Positions 48,785-63,241 of a stretch of 64,000 bases of DNA are shown here, piece after piece (the stretch's first letter is position 1; every line of letters begins with the position of its first letter). The position numbers were made by a program, and so were the translations under genes. Origin of the DNA: Chrysomallon squamiferum. Lineage: Eukaryota > Animalia > Mollusca. The stretch spans positions 41,230,001 to 41,294,000 of the forward strand of contig CM022670.1 of assembly GCA_012295275.1 (NCBI GenBank), in the 5' to 3' direction. Below the pieces are notes generated by a model, which was given only the letters and a program-made list of their open reading frames with translations, was not told the origin of the DNA and made no database searches.

Positions 48785-48865
48785 CTGATTTTTCAAAGAC
48801 TGTGGTATGTACTTTTCCAGTCTCTGGGAAGGTTCATAGAAAAGATTTCTTATGCTAAACAATAT
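48785..48865 (+). mobile_element. Decayed SINE central-domain fragment (related pieces near 28775-28885 and 10283-10338)
   Basis: aaagactgtggtatgtacttttccagtctctgggaaggttcatagaaaagat resembles ccatgttttcctgtctgtgggggtgtaaaatgtataaaacac at 28819; both resemble a gastropod SINE core as I recall it. Confidence 0.4.
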
Positions 48866-50423
48866 CAATATCACTAAGAATGATGGAAATAAGATTTTTT
48901 TATTTTATAATCATCATCAAATAAAAGCCACATAAACAAATAAAAATGAAAGAAAACAGAAATCAATTTCATCTCATTTTTAAAACAAAATTTATAGATC
49001 AACTGCAATCAATAAATGTTATATGTTATTAAAATAAATAATAATGATAGTAATAATAATAAAGATAAACTTTATAGTAAACTTGTGTACAATAACAAGT
49101 TTATATTTTTGTAATTTTGTATTTTCTAAGGTGAGTGAATGATTGTGCAGTTCAACATCACTCTGAATTTTTGACCAACTTGCAATGACATTTTGCAGGT
49201 AAATTTTAACACAACTCTCAACAAATTATCTCTAACTTGTGTGCATTCCATCTATAACCATTCACTGTCATCACCATAAACAAGAGAGAGAAGAGAGTAA
49301 ATTTAAAATACAGATACACAGAACAGTTTGTCTCACAGTTGTAATGTATTTTAATTAATCTCACTGACAATGGTCTTAGTGAAATGCAATTCGATGATAA
49401 ACCTGACCAAACAGTCACCAAACGAGTAAAAATATTTTTAAAAATGCCAAGACTCAGAAATGTATTATTACTCCTGTCAAACCATGTTTTGTGTTGATAC
49501 TGAATACCTGTATTGACCACAAAACACCTGTAATCCATTCTTGACTAGTCTGCACTAAGTACAAATTATCTCTATATTTAATTATCATTAAAATAATTAC
49601 ATTATGTTTTTTAATTTGTTTAATCATATTAAGTGTAATGTATGAAACCAGATTTTAACCAAATAAAAAAAAAATAAAAAAATACTGTAAAAACAACAAT
49701 AACATAATAATAATATCAATGATAATAATGATAATACTAATAACAGTAATGATGATGATGATGGTACATTTTCATTTTTAATTCATATCTAAAAGATAAT
49801 ATATTTATTAGTTTCTGGTTTTTTAAAGAGGAAATTTTTTTACAAAATTGCAAATAAGTAACAACATAAATAATTTTAAAAACAAAATAAAACAAAACAA
49901 AATTGGTTAAAATAAATATATTGTATAAAAAATAGAATCTTCAGAATTTAACTAAAATTGATTACATTATATCAAGCAGTTATTTATTTAAATAACTGTA
50001 AATCATTTTTTATCCAGAAGAAATTAATTAATTTAAAAAATAATAATAATAATAATAACAGTCATAATTTAAATTCCTAAAAGAATAATAAAAATAATAA
50101 TTCTTGTTGAATAGTCGTCAGAGTTTAAACTTTTTTTTTCCAAATTACAGTGCTAAGATATCTTTTCCAAAATGGCATCATTTATTAATACAAAATGACA
50201 AAGAGGCTGTAGTAGCTGTGGTTTGCTGGTGTGAAACAACATCACGAAGTATCAGTTCTGTTTATTTTATAGTCACATGGGGGACATAAAGCTCTATTAG
50301 AAATAAAACTGTTGTCATTTATTTGCAATGAAACCAGTCAACCTATTTATTTTTAATGAAAGATGAGTGCATAAAGTTTTTATGTTTATAAAATAAAATA
50401 AAATAAAATAAAATAAAATAAAA

Positions 50424-50470
<47 letters not shown>

Positions 50471-52744
50471 TAAATAATAAATAAATAATATCTAAAAAAA
50501 TAATAATACATACACACTTACAAACATGTATATATTAAATACATATGTATACATACACATACATATGTGCAAATATACATACATACAAACCTACACACAT
50601 ACATATATACATACAGACAGACAGACAGACAGACACACATACATACATAAATAAATGATATAAAAATATCAATTAACAAAATTTGTGAAATGTGCTCACA
50701 TACATGTAAATATTAGTAGATGTTTGTCACATTAAACTATATTTATCCCATGCATTCCCAGCACTGACAGACACACAGCAGACGTGACACATTTCAACAC
50801 ATGAATAGTTGTGTGGGTTTTTCTAGGTGTGTACAAAGCTGACATTCTGTTAAAAAGTAAATGATGTAATATCTGCTGGTTTCCTCTCTAAAAAGATATA
50901 GTGAGACAGAAAGCATGCAGTCACCACTGTCATGGTTTGATCCTACAATCCACTACACCTCAACAAACACTCTGCCCTTGGTCTGTTATCAAAACTCATA
51001 AAACTGATTAAAAAGATAAAAAAAAAATAAGATAAAACTGCGAAAGATTACATTACAGAGAAACTAATGTTTTAGAGGCATTATGACTTCAATTTACAAA
51101 ATGGACATTTTTAGTGCACTGAATGAAATATCATTGTGCATTGCGTGAGTGGAATATTTAGTGGTGTATAAATCTGTGATGGGTTTTGGTTAAGCTGTTA
51201 TTTGAAACTGGTAAGACTTGGGATCAATTCCTATCACTAGCTCCTACACAGAACTCTCTTCCTTCTTGTCTCTGATTCTCCAACTCTTCTAACTACTAAT
51301 TTTCTAACATACTAACTACTCCTATGATAGAGTAACACTCTAATACACTAACTGTGTAACATGCTAACCTTCTAACATAGTAACTAATCCTCCAGAACAC
51401 TAACTAACCTTAAATGACTAATCCTCTAACAGAGTAGTAACTAAACCTCAAACATACTAACTAATCTTCTAACAAACTAACCTTCTTCCATACTAATCCT
51501 CTAACATATTTACTAATTCTCCAAAATATTAAAAAAAAAAAAAGCATAAGTTTTTTTTATTATTACAAAATGTATGAGATAATCTAATAAATTTAGAATG
51601 GATTTTTCATAAGAAGGTTAAAAAAAAAAAAGAATAAAAATGTAGAAAACATAAAATACAAAAACTTTGAAAACAAGTATTAAAAACACATGAATTTTTA
51701 TTTTTACCAAATATGGGCCAATTTCTAATTACAGTTGTGTTCTTTTTATAATTTTTTTTTTTTTTTTTTCATGAAAATGAATAAATTAGGATATGAAAAA
51801 GAATAATGACATTCTAAAAGAGAAATACTGTGAAAACAAAAATTAAAAATAAATGAATTCCGTGTTTGTGCATTAAGTAAAGTGTACAAAGACAATCTCC
51901 AAATTTCTGTTTACTCCCAACCCTGGTCCAGTGTGCAGGGAATTCTTCAACTGCCAGGCAAACTGTGCTGTTTAATAATTAGCCAGTGATCTGCCCCTGA
52001 TCAATACAGTTAAGTGCTTTTCCATCCAATTAATCTGTCAGATGCAGAAGAGATTAAAACAACGACCAGGTTGAGATTAAAGCATGCAGCTATTTCACCA
52101 AATGTCCTAATGACACGTTTTTCAGCCAATCACATTCGAAAATGCAGAGAACAAAGGATTTTTTTTATTTCTTCTTTATTTAAAAAAAAAACAAAAAAAA
52201 CAACAACAGCTCAGTAAAATAGTTTCAGATTAACAGATGTTTTAGGAGTTTTGGGTCGTTTTTTCGTTTTTGAGGGTTTTTTGGGGGTGTTTTTTTGTTT
52301 TAAGTTCAGTTTCATTACAGGAATTATAAATTTTAAAAATTTGTGATGGATATTAAATACTGAATGAACATTTAAATACATTGAAAAAGTGTGTGTGTGT
52401 CTCTGTGAGTATGTGTATACATAATATATAAATGTGTATGCATGTGTCTGTGTGTGTACAGATGTATATAAATGTCTGTGTGTGTGTGTGTGTGTGCGAA
52501 TTAAATTAAACTATTGCAAGCTTAACTAACAAGGTGAATATTGTCAACTGATAGCAGAAATTAAAAAATATATATATTTCTGGCAGAAGATACAGAGATA
52601 TAGACTGATGGAGGTTGCTACAATACATCAGAGACTGTTGTAACTTAACTACAAGTACAGTGAAAATCATGATTGCAATCACCAAAGATACTTTACAGAT
52701 CAGACAACACTCTATTCTAAATTAAATCTTTTGTCTAAGTTTCT

Positions 52745-53062
52745 GTACTAGTGTTTAAAGAAAAATGTTAAAATTTTAATAATTTAAATACACTGAGCTT
52801 AATAAAATATTTCTACTGAAGTCTTTTTACTAGTTTTTAAAGCAAAAACAATAACAATAATTTAAATATATTTACTAGTGTTTAAAGAAAAAAGTAAAAT
52901 TTTTAATAATTTAAAAATACTCCACTCATTAAACATCTATTTAAATTAAATGTTTCTATTTTAGTAAGTTTACTAGTGTTTAAAGAAAAATGTAAACATT
53001 TTAATAATTTAAATACACACAGCTTATTAAACAACTCTATTTCAAATAAAATATTTCTATTT
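52745..53062. repeat. Degenerate ~100-125-bp tandem triplication
   Basis: tactagtgtttaaagaaaaa...ttttaataatttaaa at about 52747, 52873, 52971. Confidence 0.8.
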
Positions 53063-53491
53063 GTCTGCTTATTTCAGTTTAAAAAGAAAAAGAAAACAAA
53101 CTGCTCAGTCTAAGATAAACAAAAACAAGACTTTGTCAAGTTCACACACAAAAGAGACAGTTCAGTGATATAGATATTAATAAACACTGTTTTGTGTTTG
53201 AGTTATTTTTTCTGAAGAGAGCAAATCAATGACAATAAAAGGAATTTTCTCACAGTCCAAGCATGATGTGTTTTTTACATGTATTAATCAAACAGGATCC
53301 GAGGTATTTAAAAATTCATAACATATTCTTCTCACAATATGTCTGCCTTTGATAAAAAATGGGATAATAATCAATTCATTAATAATTGAAAAATCAATTC
53401 CTAATCAATCTTTTTCTTTCTTTCTATTTTTATTTTTTTTTTTTTTTTTTTTTCATGTCAGATTTTTTTTTTTTTTTTTTTTAATGTTTTA

Positions 53492-53569
<78 letters not shown>

Positions 53570-54346
53570 CTAGGATAAATGACAATTCAAGCAAGATGGA
53601 AAAAAAAATGTTTAATTAAACATGACCGGTTCGAAATCAATGAACCGCGACTTCAGGTGTGTTCTTTGTTCATTCTGCTACATGCTTCTTCCATTTCTGA
53701 ATCAATTGTTGAAATGCAGCAACTTCCGTGCGTTTGACAGCCATGATGATGATGATGATGTTGATGATGACGGGGAAACTCACTTAACATGTGTCAACTT
53801 GTTCACCCTCACTCAGTGTGTTGTATTAAATAGTGACACTAATACAACAGTGATACGTGGTATTGATATCAGCATCAGTATTTCATGTTAATATAATTAT
53901 ATCAGTATGTGATATTATATCAATATATTTTTATAATATATTATTATTATTATTATTATTATTCATTCAGTTTTTGTGATACTGTATCTAAATATTAGAT
54001 AAAACTCTAAACTGTTACATTAGGGAATAAAATTAAAGTGAAACATCACTGTATTATAACAAAAAGGTTTGACGTAAACCGTCAGTATCATCATAACAAC
54101 AGTACCACCACCACCATAACAACAACACCCACAACAACAACCATTGTAAATACACATATCCAGTAAAAAAGAGACTTAAGGTTTATTAACTATATGTACT
54201 ATGATAAAATCACATAACCACAAGCATTTTCATGCACAAAGTGACACACACACACACTCAGACACACAGACATACAGACACACACACACACACAGATAGA
54301 CATACACTCACCCACACCCAGACACTAAAATAGATATAATCACATA

Positions 54347-54381
<35 letters not shown>

Positions 54382-54694
54382 GTAAATAGATAAAAACAAG
54401 CAAGTAACAAAACGTATGTGTTAATCAGAGTACACTTAATTAAGCTGCACACAGACAGACAGACAGACAGGAAGATGTAATTACTGACAAAACTGTGGAT
54501 GAGTTTACCAGAAAGGAAATCTCCAGAGATGGTCTCATTAATGATTTAACTTCTACGTCCTGCTCAAATCAAACACCTAAATTAAACAAGAATATTTTAT
54601 TTTTATTGTTCAGTACATGCAGCCATAACAGAGAGAGAGTTTTAGTTTTTAAATTATCTAACGTTCCACTTGTTTTTAGTATCAGATTGTTTCA

Positions 54695-54943
54695 TTGTAG
54701 TCATTATCACCATCATTACTATTACCAACAATATAATCATTACTATCATCAGCACAATTATTATTATAATAATTATCATTACTATCAACAGAATTATTAT
54801 TCTAATAATCATCATCATTACTATAACTATCATCATTATCATCATCAGTTATTACTATAATAATCATAATCATTATCATCAGTGTTATTTCGATAATCAT
54901 TACCATCATCATCATCATCATCATCATCATTATCATCACGATA

Positions 54944-54991
<48 letters not shown>
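54695..54991. repeat. (ATC)/(ATT) trinucleotide microsatellite
   Basis: Direct reading; source of the poly-I/H/N pseudo-ORFs. Confidence 0.93.
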
Positions 54992-54993
<2 letters not shown>

Positions 54994-56809
54994 CACTGTA
55001 AAGCAAGAGATTAAAACAGTTATTTACTTTGGGTAGAATTTCAACTCTTGGTATGAAAACAAATGCTGAATGTGAACATCTTTAACATTTTTTTTGGTGA
55101 ATACTTAGAAATAACACCAGTGTTCTTGTTATAAATAGAAAAATCAAAAATCAAGATTTCTACTTGCCTGTCATACACACATACAAACATACATAACACT
55201 CATATATTAATTATATCTTGTCCAAACACACTTCAAAGTGTTTTGCAAATAATCATCAGAAAAGTTAGAGTTTTCACTTCATCAGTGTATAATCATTTCT
55301 CCAGTGAAGATGAGTAGAGTCATGTTTTCACAGATAGCACATCAAACATAGTTGTAACATGAAGAGATAGAAAAACATGATGTACTGATATCAGCAAGTA
55401 AAGAAAATAACATCTGATAAAAAGATTTTAAAATTTTCAATTTTGTGAGTTCAGACTGTGGGGATTTAGAAAAAAAAAAAAAAAAAAAAAAAAAAATTGT
55501 TCTTTAATTTATCAAATCAATCCAAGCTTACCATCAAATATATAAAAATAAATAAAAGAAAAGTATTACAGGTAGAAATATTGTAATAGTTTTATTATTT
55601 ATGCTGAAGTTCTGATACAAGTAGGTAACTGATTTTTTTATTCATAATTATTTAAGATGTTTGGTGTTTCATTTTCTTTGTGAAAATTTATGGTTGTTGT
55701 CATGTTCACTTTTGTGTCCATAACTTCTACATCAAAAGCCAAAGTACATGATTTCCTGCCAGTGAGAAGGTGCTAATAAAGGATTGGTTACTGCTAACAG
55801 AAACAAAAGAAAAGAAACACAAATCTCATATTATTTGTTAATAAGAGAAATTAAAGTTATCTAGTGGTTTTGTTAAACTAAACAAATTCTGACTTAAGTG
55901 ATCAGGCCTATATTAATAAGTTCTTGTATTTGGTTGGAACAAAAATTTGTCAAATTTTTCAGAAGGTGTCATTTAAATGTGATATTTAACATATATGTAC
56001 ATACTCTGAAAGATTAACTTTCATTGCCACTTGATATAATAATAATAATAATAATAATAAAATAATAATTAATATTTTCAGTTTCTTCGTTGAAATAATT
56101 ATACTTAAAATAATCTGGTGCTTTGGTCTCAAAGATGTTTTAATCTGACAGATGTAAACAGTTTACTGACTATTACTCACACAACACAATGACAATGAAA
56201 TTATTCTCATAAACTGCAGGACTACAGTACAGAGAAGAATGTATTACAGATATATACTAACACAATGAAAACGCACATGTGTTGAAGAGTAGCGTGCAGG
56301 ACACATTCAATCGCATTCAGTTGTTGTCAACAGATGCCATGCGTATCAGTGTTAATTGTTTTTATTTGTTAAAACACCAGTTTTTACCTGAGTAATCTGC
56401 ACCTGGTAACATCAAAGACTAATTAAGAAAACAACACCTGTGAGTCATAACATCAAACAGGTGATTAACCACTGACGAGAAATCCCACTGAGACCAGGTA
56501 GAAATGGTTTTTGTTCGTTTACCTGTAAATTCTGTTACAGGTTTGACTCACCTCATTTAGTCATTTCTCCTGATGAGTCACAAAAAACATCACACTGGGG
56601 CCATAACAGGCGTGCTTGGACATATTACTGTTACAAACAACTTTAATGATTAATGATGACAACAGACAAATTAACAGACAAACACTAATTAACCACTTTG
56701 TTTTGTTATTGTGGCCAGAGCATGTGTGCTTGGATATGTGATGTGAAAATTATATTTACCTTTTTAGTTTTTTATTCAACACATTTTTGCTTATTTATTT
56801 GCATGATAA

Positions 56810-56866
<57 letters not shown>

Positions 56867-57574
56867 GGTTATTGTTATTGTTATTGTTATTATTTACAGT
56901 TACTAACAAAAGATTAACTGAATCCACTCTAACTAAATGTGTATTCATCAACACATTTTTGCATTAATAGATATGTAACTAGATTATACAGACAGATAGA
57001 CAGAAAAACAGATAAATATAGGTTTGTAAGGTTTTACTGCTAATAATTACATGCTCAAAGATGTTTGGCATTTTTAAATTTTTTATCTATTCTGGTAGTT
57101 ATTCTTCCAGGCTATAAATTTCTCTTCTGAATCTCTGCATGATAAATTAGTTTAAACTCACACAAGAAAATTTCATATTTTGTTAAAAAAAAAAAAAAAA
57201 AAAAAAGGAAAAATAGCTTTAAGTGTAACTCAAGGCACTACAAATGTATTTTAAAACTGGTAATAATTGCAGCAATTTTCTTTTTTACACTTTTCACAAA
57301 TTAATCTTATTCTCAAACTAGTAAAAACACACTGATTTATAGTTATTAAAATAATCTATAAAATATTTTGTCAAATTCTTAAATCAAAATTTAAGTAACA
57401 AGAACTGAAATTTACTGTTTCAATATTTTGAAATATAATAACAATAATAATAATTTTATTAAAAACATTTAAATAATATCTGAAAATGTGCACCATATAA
57501 ATAAACCAATACAAATAAAATTAATAATTAAAATAAAAAGTAACAGAAAATTTAATAAAGTCATCAAGACCTTC

Positions 57575-57610
<36 letters not shown>

Positions 57611-60525
57611 ACAAGATAATGAAAATACGTGGTGTTAAAACACGAAACACTAAGATGTCAGGGTATCCCACAATTCCCTGTGATGTAGTGCGAACGGCTA
57701 GCTGATCTGTGCTGTGTTTTGTAATAGTATTATTCCTGTGCATGCTGTGCGTCACGTCATGTCGCAAATCCCGGGTATCAGGTCCAATTATCTCCTCCTT
57801 GCTGTCATTTATCACAGAACACAAAACAGATTTCAGCTTCTCGGCCTAATAAGAAAATTGCCCATTGTCACAAATTAATCTGCCTTCCAGTTCGACGTTG
57901 TTCTGTTGCCGAGGTCGTCACCACTTGAACACTTACAGCAGTGGCATGTGGCAGTTGCAGGTTTAATATTTGATGACGCGAGGTTGATGATGTAGTAGTA
58001 GTAAGAAGACTGAGAAAATACTTCTTGACAAACATGTACAACAACAACAGCAGCAGCAGCCATGTCACAATGACTTATCAACAGCGTGATTCTAACAGTA
58101 CAACATCAACTACAGTACTACATCCATTTGCAATGTTTTTTAATAATAACTGGAATAGTAAAATACTAATTCAAAACTGTATTATTTGTACAGTTCAGTA
58201 TTTAAAATACAAGAACTACAATTTAACAAAAACAAATTAAAACACAATTACTTTTGAGTTCAGTATTTAAAATAATTTTGAAAGAAAACAGTATTATTAC
58301 TTTTTAGTTCAATACATGAAATACAAGCAGAAGTCTAATTTAAAATAAATTCTGAATATGTACTAGGAAAATGTGTGCAGTTTAGATTTCATATCAAAAT
58401 GTGTCCACCATTTCACATCCACCAACAGGATTTGTTTCATGTCAGAACTTTTTTATTTTTTTTAACCCTCTCAGGTATTGGGTGTGTGCTTATCTTGTTC
58501 GTCAAACATTTCAAAATAAAGCCTGAAGAATCAAAAACCTAAACACCTTGATTATTCCAAGGTTTAGAAATACATGGTAAAAACAAAAGAACAACTCTTT
58601 TATTTCATGGTCATTCTGTTCTACAAACTGCAGTGTTATGAAGGTCAGTTCACTGGTTGTATGATCCTGGATTCTAAAGTTTGATGGTAGTGTTTATTCT
58701 GTCCAAAAACTAAAAAATGTCAAAAGACCATATTTCCAAAATACAGTGGTTCAGTTGAGATAATAATTATTAGGTGTCTGAGACCAAAACAAAACAAATT
58801 TGAATATGTTTTTTTTAAATCAAAATCTGAGTCAGATAGATTACAATTTTTCAGTTTATATGTGAACTCATCCTTTGATACCTTATGTAAAATTTTAATA
58901 AAGGATACATTCAAAGGGCCATATTGAATATTACCATGATTCTTTTATGTTTCAATTCAAAGTTGTTTATCTCAAAATACTGGTTTCTGAACCAAAGTGA
59001 AAATGACCTCTTAGAAAAGACATTGCAGTTTTTTTTTATTAAATAACAATTTCTCTCCTTCATTTTATTTCCACAGACAGGATAGTAACAACATCAACAA
59101 CAATAACAACAAATAAATAAATACAAATGAAGCAAATATAACTGAACAATCAGAGGGTGGTTGGAAAATTGCAGTTACCAGAGAACTTCCTTACAGAGTG
59201 CTAATAACATGTGTACTGTTGACAATTCTGGGAATACAGATGGACAAGACAGATGGACAGATGGATGCATGGATGGATAGAGAGACAGATTAGTACACAG
59301 ATAAATAATGGATACAAAGATAGAAAAACACATATATTTGGACAGTCAGTTCAAATGACTTCAAGATCAAGGAAAGGACCAGACTCCCCCACCCTCTCTT
59401 TGCCTCCTGTTCCTCTGAATCTGGTGCTGTGAAGATCAAACACTGGACTGAGTTTTGAGAACAAGCTGATAGATGCTGGTCTCTCAGTTAGCCTGCTGGA
59501 ACTAGGATGTGTTTTGTGGGAGTTAATGGACGATGTAATGACCAGCTTAAGGCATTTTTCTCATTTTCATATTTTTGTTAATGGTGCTGTATCTATTTTT
59601 CTCAGCACAAATCCAATAATAGCATGGATAACTGAACAGAAAAAGTTTTTCTTTTTATTTAGATCAAGGTTTTATTTTAACTGTGTAAACCAAACAAAAT
59701 AAACTGTTAACAGATGACAACACTTCCTGAAACACTGCAATCATTTGTTTATTTGTTTCTTTCTTTATTTACTCACCTATTTATTTATTTATTTATTTAT
59801 TTAGTTAGTTAGTTAGTTAGTTAGTTAGCCACTGCTTATTTAGTTATTTATATATTTTAATTGTTTCTTTGTTCATTTGTTTGTTATTTATTTATTTATT
59901 TGCTTAATATATTATTATTATTTTTACTTCTCTTTCTGTTATTTTTACTTATTTTTTTAAAATTAATTTATACAGTTTGTAATCAGTTTAGGTATTTATA
60001 AAACAGAAATGACATATTTCAATGTAAATACCAAAAAGAAAACAAACAAAAAATCATAAAATCAAAATTCAATTTAATTTTAACAATAAAATATCTTTTA
60101 ATATTCAAAAATAAAATACTTTTTAATATTCAAAAACAAAATATACTTTTATATTCAAAAACAAAATATACTTTTATATTCAAAAAGAATATCTTTTAAT
60201 ATTCAAAAACAAAATATATTTTAATATTAAGAAATATAATTGATTTTAATATTTGAAAAACAACGTCTAAGATATACATACATTCATGGAAGACTGTTAG
60301 TTGTCACAAAGCTGTATTTACATTACTAAAAATATACTGCGAGATATGAAAAGAATAAGAATCAAGATGATATGAAGTGTTTGAGTGGACAGTGTGTGTT
60401 TGAGTGGGCGAGTGATGTGTAAGTGATTGTAACACAGTGAGATAGATGTAGGTGATGAGATAAATCATGCTGAAGAAAACTGTCACAAGCAATCAATGGT
60501 AAACAGTCTCATTTCTAACTGCTCA

Positions 60526-60650
60526 CGTGGTCCAGTGGTTAGTGCACTCGTACTGACCAGGTCAAGTACATGAGATCAATTCTCAGCAGAAACTCTCTCT
60601 AAATACTTCAGTGAGGAGTATTTGTGAGAATCAAATCTCTTCGTGGAATA
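60526..60650 (+). mobile_element. Degenerate tRNA-derived SINE head
   Basis: A-box-like TGGTCCAGTGG at 60528 and decayed B-box GAGATCAATTC at 60572, at tRNA-like spacing. Confidence 0.4.
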
Positions 60651-60788
60651 AAACGAGATTAACAGAAAGCAGGATCAAATATCCTTCATTTATCAATTGA
60701 GCCTTTGCTCATATCAGACAACTAGATTGTATATGTAAAAAAAAATGTTAAAATTAAAAAAATGTTTTTACACCTCTTTTGTCAAGTG

Positions 60789-60834
<46 letters not shown>

Positions 60835-61882
60835 TGACTGTTTAGTTAAATCATATAAACAAAGAATCATGTTAATTCTGAAGTAAATAAAAGATGTCTT
60901 ATTGTGCAGGATTTCTCCGTCTCTAACAATCCTGCATTTCTGTCAGCCACAAACATCATTATTTTTCACAACAGGTAATAAAAATTCATTTATTCAAATC
61001 TACGATATCAGTTTACATACAACTCATCTAAGGTAATTTGTTATTGAAGATAAAAAAAACTATTGTCCATTAACAGGAACATTTCAAAAAGACGTTTGTG
61101 GTTAATTTTCTAAATTTAGAATTAATTACTTGAACAGTTTTAATAACAGAAAAAAAAGAGGTTAATACTTGATTGGAAATGTTTCGATTCAAAGCTATGG
61201 ATTTTCTCTGTATAATATGAGACTATGAACCACAGTAATCATGAAAAAGTAATCACTTTGATTTAGATATGTTTTCTTTAGATAACTCTAAATCATTTTA
61301 GTCTCAGCTTACACTAGTTAGATCTAGTTACTGCTAAAGTCTAACTCACATATCTCTTGTTCTCACTGAATCTCTGGCAATTTCCTAATCAGACCGTATC
61401 CCCATGTCCGGTTAATCCTAACAATGGGAAGGTTTACATAATAAAAATTCTTATTGCTAAATGACAAACTTTTTTCAGATATGGTTAGTAAACAATGAAA
61501 AAAGAAAACCAATATAATCTAACAATTTTTAATATTAATGTTTTGACATGTTAACAAATTGGCATTTATTTAAATGGATTATAAATATAGATATAATTAA
61601 AGAGAAAAGATACGAGTCAAACTGACGTGAAATGAAATAACAGTGAATCCTTGCCTTTTGTAATTCATGTGATACTTTAACCCACATTATCAATATCTAA
61701 AAAATAACAACAAATAAACAAATAAATAAATTCACATTCCAAACATTCAAAACAAATACTCAGTTTAAGAATTTTTTTTTTACTGTTAACAAAAAAAAAA
61801 ACAAAAAAAATGTTTCAACACCATCACCACACAATGCTGGAATTTTAACTGTTGATCGACCTTTCACCTCGATTGCCATCTC

Positions 61883-61896
61883 GTTGCCATAGCAAC
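61883..61896. promoter_or_regulatory. RFX X-box motif GTTGCCATAGCAAC
   Basis: Identical to the 37913 site; lies in a CpG-retaining island. Confidence 0.55.
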
Positions 61897-63166
61897 AGGC
61901 CCTGCTCTCGCTGACTAGCAGAGTTTTTCCAATCAATATCAATGTTTTATTATTTAATGAAGCTGTATTTGCCACGCTCTGCCGATGCCTTTATCCCCTG
62001 CAACCAACAACACAGCCATTTCTCCACACTCGCCCACTTAAAACTACACCAGCTTTTCATCAAACCATTCTCCATGTCCACGATGCCATTGTTGCCAGCA
62101 ACCTTACCATGAAAGTGACTGTATCGCAGAGAACACGCTTTTTTAGAGTGCGTTCTGGCATCAGGCTGAAGACTACAAACATTTGCAGCTCCAAAGACAA
62201 ATGTTCTGTCCATGCTTGTGATATTGTTCAAGTTTGCAGAACCTTTTTTTTGAAAAGAAGATCGATATGTCTACCATTTTCTATGGCATTTAATATTACA
62301 AATTGCAAAATGCACTGGAAATTGTTTATCGAGTTATTATCTTAACAAAGCATTGATATCACTGTCTGTACTGTTCAGAGGTTCAAGTGAAAATCTTTTG
62401 TATATGGTCTTTATCAACGTGCACTGTGAGAGAATTACTTTTTTCACTCTCTTTTTAGACAAAAGAATTCTTTTATTGTTGCTGTTAGGAATAGAATTTT
62501 ATGAAGTTTTTTTTTTTCCCAATACATTAATGACTGACAAATATTTAGATAAGTAAATGGTAGTGAACTGTATTATAATTACAGCAAACTGTCAACTTAC
62601 TTCATAAAGCTTTTAACATCTTGATATGGCCCATGGGATACAAACAAAATGGCTATTGTGTTGATGGTGTGTGTATGTCAATTTTAAAAAGAATATATTT
62701 TGTCAATCCTGTTTTTGATAAATAAAAACAAAATGAAAGGTGCTTAGATGTAACCATAACATCAAGAAAGAAGATAACAGATAAATTCAACATCTCAATA
62801 TATAAAATAAATTAAAATATTCGTAGACAGCAAATAATGACAGAAAGAAAGAAATAAACAAATAAAGGAACAAACACAAACTAATGACAAAGAAAGAAGG
62901 AAGGAAGGAAGGAAAGAAAGGTTTGGAAAAATGATTCATGGGGTAATAAAAATAAGATCTATAAATAATGAGTAATTTTAATTATTATTTATCTTTCTAA
63001 CTTTGACAACAAGCTGATGACTAATTATGAAGATGACTGTATGTTGAGTCACGTTCTTGCTAATGAGTGAAACTCATGATTCCAAGTTTTATTAAAATTT
63101 ATGTAACATTGAGAAAAACCAGTGAAACCTGACACACCGCACACGCAACACATAAAACAAGCGAAT

Positions 63167-63241
63167 AGTGGATCAGTGGTTATAATGTGGCTCAGGGGTC
63201 AAGACACTGACTTTAAGACTGGAAGGTTCTTGTTTCAAATC
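63167..63241 (+). mobile_element. Degenerate tRNA-derived SINE head or tRNA pseudogene
   Basis: A-box TGGCTCAGGGG at 63188 and B-box-like GTTTCAAATC at 63232; no intact cloverleaf. Confidence 0.4.

Noticed and set aside
53626-53646. B-box-like GGTTCGAAATC within a 6-bp inverted repeat
   Set aside because: No upstream A-box or tRNA structure; too short to exceed chance.
54495-55014. Poly-His/Ile/Asn/Met ORFs
   Set aside because: Trinucleotide microsatellite.
63167-63241. Functional tRNA gene
   Set aside because: A/B-box-like motifs are present but the stems do not pair into a cloverleaf; treated as a SINE or pseudogene remnant.
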